DNA of 32,000 nucleotides from Cereibacter sphaeroides 2.4.1 (GTDB lineage Bacteria; Pseudomonadota; Alphaproteobacteria; Rhodobacterales; Rhodobacteraceae): NCBI RefSeq assembly GCF_000012905.2, contig NC_007494.2, positions 540,001 to 572,000 of the forward strand, read 5' to 3'. Shown piece by piece: positions 1 to 8,046 of this stretch (position 1 is its first letter; each line of letters starts with the position of its first letter). The notes under the pieces were generated by a model. It saw only the letters and a program-made list of their open reading frames with translations, ran no database searches and was not told where the DNA came from. The position numbers and the translations under genes were made by a program.

Positions 1-11
1 GCAGCGTCCTG

Positions 12-440
12 ATGATGCTCGACCTGATCCATCAGGACCACATCTACACCTCCGGGCACTGGCCCTCCGAACCGATCTTCTCGGTCACGGCGGACATGCT
101 GGTGCTGACGCGGTTCAACCTGCCTGCGGACGCGGTTCCTGCCTTCGATGCCTGGGTCGAGGCCGTGATCGCGCGGATGGATCTTGTCGCGGAATTTCCC
201 GAGCATGGCGAGACGCCCGAGCTCGAGGTGGGCGACACGCCCGAGCGGCGCGCCTGGGCGGCGAAAGTGATGGGCCGGCCGCTGCCGCCGTCGGTCCTCG
301 ACCTCTCGCGCGATCCGGACCCGTCCCGCTGGCCCGAAGAGTGGCGCGACCTGCTGGCCCGGCTCGACTGGAACCGCAACCCCTTCCTCCGCCACCCCCC
401 CGGCACGCTACGCCCGCGGCAGGACGGCGAGGTGCCATGA
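12..440 (+). CDS. Hypothetical protein (possibly the 3' part of a gene that starts left of the window)
   Basis: GC3-biased frame. ATG at 12 and 15, but no in-frame stop between the window edge and 12, so the true start may lie upstream. No family motif recognised. Confidence 0.45.
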   Translation: MMLDLIHQDHIYTSGHWPSEPIFSVTADMLVLTRFNLPADAVPAFDAWVEAVIARMDLVAEFPEHGETPELEVGDTPERRAWAAKVMGRPLPPSVLDLSRDPDPSRWPEEWRDLLARLDWNRNPFLRHPPGTLRPRQDGEVP

Positions 441-462
441 GCAGAAGGCAGGAGCGGGTCTC

Positions 463-1149
463 GTGAGCGCCGTCTACGACCATGTCCGCAGCCGGACAGC
501 CGACGAAGACTCGCGCGATCTGTCCTTCGCCTGGGACCAGTGGCGTTACACCGACTACTTCCTTTTCGAGGAGGATACCTCGGCCGCCCCCTTCGAGAAC
601 CTCTCCGATCTGGCCTGCCGTGGCCTCGTCATCGCCGTGGCCGAGGCCATCACCGCACGGTTCCATGCGCACCGCGGCACGGAGGAGGCGCGGTCCTATC
701 TCGATGCCGCCTGGGCCACGATGCTGCGCGAGGGCGCCTGCGACTACGCCCTCCTGCCCGCCGAGGACTGGCCGGGGCCGGTGCGTGGCGCCCTCCGGGC
801 CGCCATGCTCGTCGTCAACGACACGCTCCACGAGGCGCGCGACGATGGCGACTTCCCCGCCCGCTGCGTCTGGATCCTGCAGCTCGCGCGCCACGTCCTG
901 CCGCCGCGCCTTCGACCCGAGTTCGAAGCCTGGGTCGCCGTCGCCACCTCGCGCCTCGCGCGCCACTGGCCGGTGCCCGAGCACCGGAGCGGCCTCTTCG
1001 CCGAGAGCTTCGACCGCGGCCCGCCGGTCGGGCCCTGCACCTTCCTGCCGCGCGATCCCGGCACCCCCGAGAGCGCCGCGGCCTGCCTCGCCCGCCATCT
1101 CGCGACCCTCGCCGGCAACCCCTGGCTCTTGCCCCCCGATACCGCCTAG
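463..1149 (+). CDS. Hypothetical protein
   Basis: GTG start at 463 preceded by AGGCAGGAG (446-454). 228-codon GC3-biased frame. No recognisable motif. Stop TAG 1147-1149 overlaps the stop of the convergent minus-strand gene. Confidence 0.55.
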   Translation: MSAVYDHVRSRTADEDSRDLSFAWDQWRYTDYFLFEEDTSAAPFENLSDLACRGLVIAVAEAITARFHAHRGTEEARSYLDAAWATMLREGACDYALLPAEDWPGPVRGALRAAMLVVNDTLHEARDDGDFPARCVWILQLARHVLPPRLRPEFEAWVAVATSRLARHWPVPEHRSGLFAESFDRGPPVGPCTFLPRDPGTPESAAACLARHLATLAGNPWLLPPDTA

Positions 1150-1544
1150 TTCAGTTGCACGCTCGCCCCCTGGAGCCTGTTCGCACCGCTGGCCCGACTC
1201 AGGATCTCGGTGCCGCGGATCGTGACCCGCCCGTCCGGCGCCAGCGTGATCGAGGCGCGCCCGCAGCGCAGCACCACCTCGCGCCGCCCCTCCAGAACGA
1301 GGCGCGTTCCGTCGAGTTCGGCCTCCGGCACCGCCCGGCGGATCAGGCCCAGCACCACCGGAGAGGCTCCGACCTCGGCCACCACCGCCTCCGCTCCCAT
1401 ATCGGCGGCGGAGACCGCCACGACGGTTTCGGCCAGCGCTTCCGCCCCGCCGATCTCCACCCGCAGGAGCCCGCAGGGATCGATCCCGAGGATCCGGCCC
1501 CGCAGCAGGCGCGAGCCCGCCGCGGCAAAGCCACCGTCATGCAT
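1146..1544 (-). CDS. Small gp5/gpV-like (VgrG C-terminus-like) protein, 132 aa; possibly the DUF6484 family
   Basis: In-frame ATG at 1544 (MHDGG...) overlaps the clpV stop codon (1537-1539) by 8 nt. The C-terminal 46 aa align without gaps to the C-terminus of the VgrG in this window (..VLRCGRASITLAPDGRVTIRG..ASG..L....VQLN vs ..TLKCGSAEITLKKDGTIVLKG..ASG..L....INLN). The longer ORF start at 1568 would lie inside clpV. Confidence 0.7.
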   Translation of the reverse strand: MHDGGFAAAGSRLLRGRILGIDPCGLLRVEIGGAEALAETVVAVSAADMGAEAVVAEVGASPVVLGLIRRAVPEAELDGTRLVLEGRREVVLRCGRASITLAPDGRVTIRGTEILSRASGANRLQGASVQLN

Positions 1545-4206
1545 GATCCGCCTCCGTCTCGAACGCATAGGAAAAGCCTGCGGGGCCGCCGGTGAGGGTC
1601 ACCCGGCTGAAGGCCGCCCCCGCGAGCTGGCGCTCGAGAAGCTTGCGGCTCAGCTCCGGCAGCAGGGTGCCGCTCAGGATCGCGTCGATCATCCGCCCCC
1701 CCGACTCGACCTCGGTGCAGCGGGCGCGGATCGTCTCGAGCACGCCCTCGCCCAGAACCAGCTCGGCGCCGTGCCCCGCCTTCAGCCGCCGGGCAATGGC
1801 CTCGAGCTTCTGCCCCGCGATGGCCGCGATCATCCGGTCCGAGAGCGGCAGGAACGGCAGCACGATCATCCGCCCCAGCAGCGCGGCCGGAAAGACCTGC
1901 AGAAGCGGCGCGCGGAGCGTGGCCGAGACCCGGGCCAGATCCTGCCCCGCCGCCTCCACGATCTCGTCGGTGCCGACGTTCGAGGTCAGCAGGATCACCG
2001 TATTGCGGAAATCGATCTGCCGCCCTTCGCTGTCGTCCATCCTTCCCTTGTCGAACACCTGAAAGAATATTTCATGGACATCGGGATGCGCCTTCTCGAC
2101 CTCGTCGAGCAGGATCACCGAATAGGGTTTTCGCCGCACCGCCTCGGTCAGGATGCCGCCCTTGCCATAGCCCACATAGCCCGGGGGCGATCCCTTCAGC
2201 GTCGAGACCGTATGCGCCTCCTGAAATTCGCTCATGTTGATCGTGATGAGAGCCTGCTCGCCACCGTGCAGCTGTTCGGCCAAGGCCAGCGCCGTCTCGG
2301 TCTTGCCCACGCCCGAGGGCCCGCAGAGCAGAAACACGCCGAGCGGCTTCTCCGGCGGGCCGAGCCCCGCCTGCGCGGTCTGGATCCGGCTCGCGATGGC
2401 CTCCATCGCATGATCCTGTCCCACGACGCGCCGGGCCAGCAGGTCCGCAAGGCCGAGCGCGCGTTCGTTGCGGCTGGCCAGCATCCGCCCCATCGGGATG
2501 CCGGTCCAGTCCTGCACCACCGAGGCGACCGCCTGTCGGTCGACCGTCGGCAGGATCAGCGGCCGCTCCCCCTGCGCCTCGGCGAGATCCCGGCTGCAAC
2601 GCCGCAGCCGGTCGAGAAGCGCCGCACGGTCGTCCTTGGGCGGCTCGGCCTCCTCGGCGGCCTGCGCCGCGGTGCCGTCCAGCGCATCGCCCTCTGCCCG
2701 CAGCCGGGCGCGCAGTTCAAGAATTTCGGCCACCAGCGCCTTCTCGGCCTCCCACCGCGCCTCCGCCGCGGCACGGTCGGCCGCGACGGCGGTCCGCGCC
2801 GCCTCGACCTCGCCGCGGCGCGCCGTCACATCCATGCCCACGGCCTCCTCGCGCTCGAGGATGCCCGCCTCGAGCGCGAGCGCCTGCGCGCGGCGGTCGA
2901 TGTCCTCGACCTCCGCCGGCGTCGCATGCTGAGAGACGGCGACGCGCGCGCAGGCGGTGTCGAGCAGGGAAATCGCCTTGTCCGGCAATTGCCTGGCCGG
3001 CAGGTAGCGCTGCGACAACCGCACCGCCGCCCCCACCGCCTCGTCGAGGATCTCGACCCGGTGATGGCGCTCCAGCACGGCGGCCACGCCGCGGCACATG
3101 CGGATCGCGGCCTCTTCCGAGGGCTCCTCGATCCGCACAACCTGAAAGCGGCGGGTCAGCGCCGGGTCGGGCTCGATATGCTGCTTGTATTCGGCCCAGG
3201 TGGTGGCGGCGATGGTGCGCAGCTCTCCCCGTGCCAGTGCCGGTTTGAGAAGATTGGCCGCGTCCCCCGTCCCCGCCGCGCCGCCCGCGCCGATCAGCGT
3301 ATGGGCCTCGTCGATGAAGAGGATCACCGGGGCGTCCGAGGCGTGAACCTCGTCGATCACGCTCTTCAGCCGCTTCTCGAACTCGCCCTTCATGCTGGCA
3401 CCCGCCTGCATCAGCCCGAGATCGAGCATCCACAGGGTCACCGGGCGCAGCGGCGGCGGCACGTCCCCTCGGGCAAGCCGCAGCGCAAGGCCCTCGACGA
3501 CGGCGGTCTTGCCCACCCCGGCCTCGCCGGTGAGGATCGGATTGTTCTGCCTCCGCCGCATCAGGATGTCGATGATCTGCCGGATCTCGGGATCGCGCCC
3601 CACGACCGGATCGAGCCGCCCCTCCCGCGCCCGCGCCGTCAGATCGGTCGCATAGCGGGCGAGCGCGGAGCCGTCGGCCGCGCCCGGCCGCGCGGGGGGC
3701 GGCGCGGCATCGCCCTCGGCCGAGCCCTGCGTCAGATCGCGGAACGTCTCGGAAAGAGACTCCGCATCCACCTGCCCGAAGGCGCCGCTGATCCGCATGA
3801 GCAGCGCCTCGAGCACGGGCACCCGCAGCGCGCCGAGCAGGAGGTATCCCGAGCGCACGCGGTCGTCGCCGAACCGCAGGCTGCCGAAGGTCCAGCCCTC
3901 GCGGATGGCGTGGAAGAGATGGTCGGAAAATTCTTCCACCGCGCTCGCCCCGCGCGGCAGCGCATCCACCGCGCGGGCCACATCGGCCGAGAGCCGGCCG
4001 GCATCGCAGCCTGCCGCGCGCATCAGCAGCGCCATGTCGGACCGATCCGCGGCGAGCAGCGCCTCGATCAGATGGACCAGCTCGACATAGGGGTTGCCGC
4101 GTGCCTTCGCCGCCTGAGCCGCCGCCGAGAAGGCCGCGAGACAGGTCGGGTTCAGCTTCGCCACCAGTTCCTTCCGCTTGACGGTTTCCTGCGAGCCCCG
4201 CGGCAT
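1537..4206 (-). CDS. clpV: T6SS AAA+ ATPase ClpV (TssH)
   Basis: 889 aa. Clp N-domain (KLNPTCLAAFSAAAQAAKARGNPYVELVHL). Two AAA+ modules with Walker A GEAGVGKT and GPSGVGKT, and Walker B ILFIDEAH and VILLDEVEKAH. ATG at 4206 preceded by GAGGGG. Confidence 0.97.
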   Translation of the reverse strand: MPRGSQETVKRKELVAKLNPTCLAAFSAAAQAAKARGNPYVELVHLIEALLAADRSDMALLMRAAGCDAGRLSADVARAVDALPRGASAVEEFSDHLFHAIREGWTFGSLRFGDDRVRSGYLLLGALRVPVLEALLMRISGAFGQVDAESLSETFRDLTQGSAEGDAAPPPARPGAADGSALARYATDLTARAREGRLDPVVGRDPEIRQIIDILMRRRQNNPILTGEAGVGKTAVVEGLALRLARGDVPPPLRPVTLWMLDLGLMQAGASMKGEFEKRLKSVIDEVHASDAPVILFIDEAHTLIGAGGAAGTGDAANLLKPALARGELRTIAATTWAEYKQHIEPDPALTRRFQVVRIEEPSEEAAIRMCRGVAAVLERHHRVEILDEAVGAAVRLSQRYLPARQLPDKAISLLDTACARVAVSQHATPAEVEDIDRRAQALALEAGILEREEAVGMDVTARRGEVEAARTAVAADRAAAEARWEAEKALVAEILELRARLRAEGDALDGTAAQAAEEAEPPKDDRAALLDRLRRCSRDLAEAQGERPLILPTVDRQAVASVVQDWTGIPMGRMLASRNERALGLADLLARRVVGQDHAMEAIASRIQTAQAGLGPPEKPLGVFLLCGPSGVGKTETALALAEQLHGGEQALITINMSEFQEAHTVSTLKGSPPGYVGYGKGGILTEAVRRKPYSVILLDEVEKAHPDVHEIFFQVFDKGRMDDSEGRQIDFRNTVILLTSNVGTDEIVEAAGQDLARVSATLRAPLLQVFPAALLGRMIVLPFLPLSDRMIAAIAGQKLEAIARRLKAGHGAELVLGEGVLETIRARCTEVESGGRMIDAILSGTLLPELSRKLLERQLAGAAFSRVTLTGGPAGFSYAFETEADHA

Positions 4207-4285
4207 GGCCGGCCCCTCACGATGTCGTCCTGAAAATAGTCGGGCGCAAAGGTCTTGGCTTAGCCTATGCTGGAATCAGGCACCT

Positions 4286-4301
4286 TGGCGACACCTTTGC
4301 A
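4286..4301 (+). promoter_or_regulatory. Candidate sigma54 (-24/-12) promoter element TGGCGA-N5-TTGCA upstream of ppkA
   Basis: TTGGCGACACCTTTGCAT in the 113-bp divergent clpV/ppkA intergenic region has the correct GG-to-GC spacing of the TGGCAC-N5-TTGCA consensus. Caveats: the predicted start site would leave only about 8 nt of leader before the ATG at 4320, and no enhancer-binding protein gene is in the window. Confidence 0.25.
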
Positions 4302-4319
4302 TCGGGGCGGAGGCCGGGC

Positions 4320-6326
4320 ATGATCGGGGAACAGCCCGGCGACATCTTCCGCCGGGGCGAGATCCTGAACCACACCTACGAGATCGAGGGCGTGCTGGGC
4401 CGCGGCGGCACCGGCGAGATCTACCGCGCGCGCAACCTGATCTCGGGGCGGATCGTCGCGGTCAAGGCGCTGAACCGGCGCTTTTCGGGCAACGACGATT
4501 ACATCGGCCTCATGCGCCGCGAGGAGCAGCTACGCGACGTGATCGACGATGCCGTCGTGCGCTACACCGAATGTTCGCGCAGCGACGGCGGGCATGTCTT
4601 CCTCGTGATGGACCATATCGAGGGCCCGTCGCTCGCGCAGGCGATGGAGGCCGGGCGGATCGAGGCGCGCGACCTTCTGATCGTGGCGCACCGGGTGGCC
4701 GAGGGCCTGCGGGCCGCGCACCGGCACGGGATCGTCCACCGCGACCTGTCGCCCGACAATATCATCCTGCGCGGCGGAGCCCCCGAGCGGGCGACGATCA
4801 TCGACTTCGGCATCGCCAAGGATCTCTCGGCCGGGGCGCAGACCATCGTCGGCAACGACTTCGCCGGGAAATACGAATATGCGGCGCCCGAGCAGATCGA
4901 CGGGCGTGCCGAGCCGCGCTCGGATCTCTATGCGCTCGGCGCCACGCTGCTCGCGGCCTTTCGGGGCGAGGCGCCGTTCGCCGGAGCGACGCCGGGCGAG
5001 ATCGTCCGGCGCAAGGGGCGTCCGCTCGACACGGAGGGGGTGCCCGAGCCCCTGCGCGGCCTGATCGATCGCCTCGCCGCGCCCGAGGCAGAGCGCCGGC
5101 CCGCCAGTGCCGCGGCGGTGGTGGAGGAGCTCGACCGGCTGCTCCGGCCGCAGGCGGAGCCGGACCGGCGGCGACGGGTCTGGCCGGCCCTCGCGGCCCT
5201 CCTCCTCCTGGCGGTTCTCGCGGTCGGAGGATGGATCGCGCTGCGGCCGCCGCTGGCCGAGCCCTACCGGCTGACGGCGAGCGCCGCGGATCTGGCAGGC
5301 GAGGCGCCGGATCGGGCGGCGGCGGCTCGGATCGCTGCGGCCTATGCCCGCGCGGCGGGGCACGAGTCCCACGGGCTGCGGATCGCCCGCGGCGCGCCGG
5401 AGGGCTGGGCGGATGCGGCCGCCGAGGTGCTGGCGCTGGCCGCGACGCTCGACGACTGGCGGCTCGCGCTGAACGGCGCGGAGGCCGCGCTCTCGGGACG
5501 CGCACCCGATGCCCGGAGCGCGGCGATGGTGGAAACCCGTTTCCGCGACTGGGCCTCGCGCCGGGGTTTCGAGCCCCGGTTGCAGATCGAGGTCGTGCCG
5601 CCGCCGCTCGATCCTCAGGCGGTCTCGGCGCTGCTTCAGCGGCATGCCGACTGCGGTCCGCTCTCCGAGGGCGGGACCGAAGGGGTCATAACAGGTGCCG
5701 TCGCCACGGCAGAGACGGCCGCCGCCCTCGAGCGCGCGCTCGCCGATCTGCGGGGCGACCGGCCGCTGCATCTGGCGATCACCGTGCTCAATCCGGCGAT
5801 CTGCGCGGTGCGGCAGGCGCTTCCCGACCGGCCGGCGCAGGGCCTGTCGATCTGGCTCGGCGAGGCCGCGACAGGGGCGCCGAACCTCGCCGGAATCTAC
5901 GGGCCGGGCGACTATCCGCTGGTCGAGATCAGGCTTCCGGCCGGGATGAGCGGGCTCGCGCTCTGGGTCGGTCTGGTCGATGTGACGGGCAGCGTGCTGA
6001 ACCTGCTGCCCAACGTCTATTCCGACGAAAGCCGGATCGACCGGCTGGGCACGGTGGCGAACGGCGTCCGCACCATCCGGGTGATGCCGCTCGAGTTTCA
6101 GGTCGCGGGCGGCACGCAGCTCTTCGCGCTGCAGGTGGAGGCGCGCGACTTCGGCAGGAGCGAGCTGGTGGCGGTGGTGTCGCGCGGCGACCTCTTCGCG
6201 CTGCGCAGGCCCAAGGACGAATCCGTCGCCTCCTTCACCGAAGCCCTGAGCGCCCTGCGCCGGGACGACCCCGACCGGCTGGTGGCGGTGACCCGGCGGC
6301 TGCTCGAGTCCCGCCCCTCCAGATAA
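4320..6326 (+). CDS. ppkA: Hanks-type Ser/Thr protein kinase with one TM helix and a large non-vWA periplasmic domain (T6SS PpkA-like)
   Basis: Gly-loop LGRGGTGEIY, VAVK lysine, catalytic loop HRDLSPDN (4737-4760), DFG, APE. TM helix VWPALAALLLLAVLAVGGWIAL (residues ~287-307). First gene of the structural operon. Confidence 0.9.
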   Translation: MIGEQPGDIFRRGEILNHTYEIEGVLGRGGTGEIYRARNLISGRIVAVKALNRRFSGNDDYIGLMRREEQLRDVIDDAVVRYTECSRSDGGHVFLVMDHIEGPSLAQAMEAGRIEARDLLIVAHRVAEGLRAAHRHGIVHRDLSPDNIILRGGAPERATIIDFGIAKDLSAGAQTIVGNDFAGKYEYAAPEQIDGRAEPRSDLYALGATLLAAFRGEAPFAGATPGEIVRRKGRPLDTEGVPEPLRGLIDRLAAPEAERRPASAAAVVEELDRLLRPQAEPDRRRRVWPALAALLLLAVLAVGGWIALRPPLAEPYRLTASAADLAGEAPDRAAAARIAAAYARAAGHESHGLRIARGAPEGWADAAAEVLALAATLDDWRLALNGAEAALSGRAPDARSAAMVETRFRDWASRRGFEPRLQIEVVPPPLDPQAVSALLQRHADCGPLSEGGTEGVITGAVATAETAAALERALADLRGDRPLHLAITVLNPAICAVRQALPDRPAQGLSIWLGEAATGAPNLAGIYGPGDYPLVEIRLPAGMSGLALWVGLVDVTGSVLNLLPNVYSDESRIDRLGTVANGVRTIRVMPLEFQVAGGTQLFALQVEARDFGRSELVAVVSRGDLFALRRPKDESVASFTEALSALRRDDPDRLVAVTRRLLESRPSR

Positions 6327-6423
6327 TCCCCGGTTGAAAAAGGGGCGCGATTCGGGCACCATTTTCCTGGGCCGCATTTTCGGCCCCGCGTTCAAAAGCC
6401 CTTTGTCGAAAGGCCGCACGGCC

Positions 6424-7497
6424 ATGTCGGAGCTACGGGAATTTCTCGATCCGATCGAAGGCGACGCTCCGTCGGGTGCGGACCTGCGGAACGATCCGCG
6501 CTTTCACGCCATCGAGCGTCTCATCGAACCGGCCCGACGCGCGGCCCGGCAGGCGGCCGCCGAGACGGGCTCTCAAGTGCAGCTCGACTGGAGCGCCATC
6601 GTGGCCGAAGCGCGCGCGCTTGCGGCCTCGGGGCGCGACCTCCGGCTTCTGGTGATCCTCCTGCGCGCGCTCACCGCCGAGGAGGGGCTGGCGGGGCTCG
6701 CCTCGGGGCTCGACCTGCTGGCCCGGACGGTGGAGAGCTACTGGGACACGCTCCACCCCGCGCTGCGCGAGGGGCCGCCGCAGGAGGCGGCCATGCGCCG
6801 GGTCAATGCGCTGCGCCAGATCGAGAATGCGGATGCGGGCCTTCTCGGCGATCTCGAGTTCCAGCCGATGTTCGAGATGCGGGCTCTGGGCGCCGTCACG
6901 GGCGGCGACCTTGCGGCGGGCGGCTTGCGCGCGGCGCAGGTGCTGGCCGAGGCCCCGCGCGGGCTCGGCGCGCGCGAGACCTCGGAGATCGCCGCCGCGC
7001 ACGAGGCGCGGGCCGCCCGTGTGGCTGCCGCCTGCCGCGGACTGAAGGCGGAGCGGCCGGCGGAGTTCGAGGGCCTCGCCGCAGGGCTCGCCCATGCACA
7101 GGCGGCCCTCGGCCGGCTCGAGGCGGCGCTGGCGAAAGAGCTCGGCACCAACGGCGCGGGGCTACGCTTCACGGCCCTCTCGACCCAGCTTCAGCGCATG
7201 GCCGCGACCCTCGGCACCGCCACGGCAGAGCCCGCACCTCTCGCCGCAGAGGCCCCCGCCGCCCTCCCCGAGGCCCCGGCCCTGGGGATCGCCTCGCGCC
7301 GCGATGTCGAGCGCTGCCTCGACCTCATCATCGAGTTCTACGAGCGCACCGAACCCTCGTCGCCGATCCCGCATCTGGCGCGGCGGATGCGGCGGATGGT
7401 GCCGATGAACTTCCTCCAGCTCATGGAGGAGGTCGCCCCCTCGGGCATGAAGGAATTCCGCGCCGTGGCCGGCGTCGCGGACGAACGGACGAAATGA
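6424..7497 (+). CDS. tssA: T6SS protein TssA (ImpA N-terminal domain family, short ~357 aa form)
   Basis: MSELREFLDPIEGDAPSGADLRNDPRFHAIERL is the ImpA_N signature. The ORF-track start at 6334 is a TTG with a non-conserved extension, so ATG 6424 is preferred. Confidence 0.85.
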   Translation: MSELREFLDPIEGDAPSGADLRNDPRFHAIERLIEPARRAARQAAAETGSQVQLDWSAIVAEARALAASGRDLRLLVILLRALTAEEGLAGLASGLDLLARTVESYWDTLHPALREGPPQEAAMRRVNALRQIENADAGLLGDLEFQPMFEMRALGAVTGGDLAAGGLRAAQVLAEAPRGLGARETSEIAAAHEARAARVAAACRGLKAERPAEFEGLAAGLAHAQAALGRLEAALAKELGTNGAGLRFTALSTQLQRMAATLGTATAEPAPLAAEAPAALPEAPALGIASRRDVERCLDLIIEFYERTEPSSPIPHLARRMRRMVPMNFLQLMEEVAPSGMKEFRAVAGVADERTK

Positions 7498-7515
7498 CAG
7501 GGAGAGGCCGCGACC

Positions 7516-8046
7516 ATGAGCGAGAGCAAGGCGAAGGTGATCGAACGCAACCGCGCTCCGCGGGTGCAGATCGCCTATGACGTGGAGCATTACGGCAGCC
7601 CGACGACCATCGAGCTGCCCTTCGTGATGGGGGTCATGGCCGACCTCGCCGGCAAGTCCGAGACGCGCGAGGCGCAGAAACCCGCGGCCGAGCGGGCCTT
7701 CGTCGAGGTGGATGCCGGCCGGTTCGGCAAGTTCATGGAGGCGCTGAGCCCGCGGGTGAAGGCACGGGTCCCGAACCGGCTGCCCGGCGGGGCGGAGGGC
7801 GGCGAGGAGGAGATGTTCGTCGATCTCAGCTTCCGCAGCATGGGCGATTTCGCCCCCGACCGCATGGCCGAGCAGGTGCCGGCGCTGGCCGAGCTCCTGC
7901 GGATGCGGCGCCAGCTCGAAGAGCTTCTCGGCTACATGGACGGCAAGGTCAGTGCCGAGAAGCGCATCGCCCAGCTTCTGACGAACGAGCCGCTGCTCGC
8001 GCAGGTCGCGGGCGAGGCCGTGAAGTCGCGTCAGCCGGAGGAATGA
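7516..8046 (+). CDS. tssB: T6SS contractile sheath small subunit TssB (VipA/ImpB)
   Basis: RAPRVQIAYDVEHYGSPTTIELPFVMGVMADLAGKS and FRSMGDFAPD motifs. ATG 7516 preceded by GGGAGAGG. Confidence 0.97.
   Translation: MSESKAKVIERNRAPRVQIAYDVEHYGSPTTIELPFVMGVMADLAGKSETREAQKPAAERAFVEVDAGRFGKFMEALSPRVKARVPNRLPGGAEGGEEEMFVDLSFRSMGDFAPDRMAEQVPALAELLRMRRQLEELLGYMDGKVSAEKRIAQLLTNEPLLAQVAGEAVKSRQPEE

Noticed and set aside
1210-4233. 1007-aa plus-strand ORF antisense to clpV. Similar very long shadow ORFs occur at 115-1098(-), 4178-6337(+), 4530-6425(-), 8031-9674(-), 10159-12435(-), 13427-15208(-), 15254-17368(-), 15912-18011(-), 17884-21675(+), 18098-21724(-), 22500-24551(+), 24394-26919(+), 26421-28514(+) and 30709-31977(+).
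   Set aside because: Their translations are Arg/Pro/Gly/Ala-rich with no family motifs. They overlap genes with unmistakable T6SS signatures. Long stop-free alternative frames are expected in ~70% GC DNA.
6327-6423. 97-bp lower-GC gap between ppkA and tssA with CCCC-N10-GGGG (6328-6345), a TTGAAA hexamer (6334-6339) and two CATTTTC copies 15 nt apart (6360-6366, 6375-6381). Considered as a terminator plus internal promoter or operator.
   Set aside because: The 4-bp stem is insignificant. No acceptable -10 hexamer lies 16-18 nt from TTGAAA. The 7-mer repeat is too short to distinguish from chance. It is worth checking with transcription start data but cannot be supported from sequence alone.
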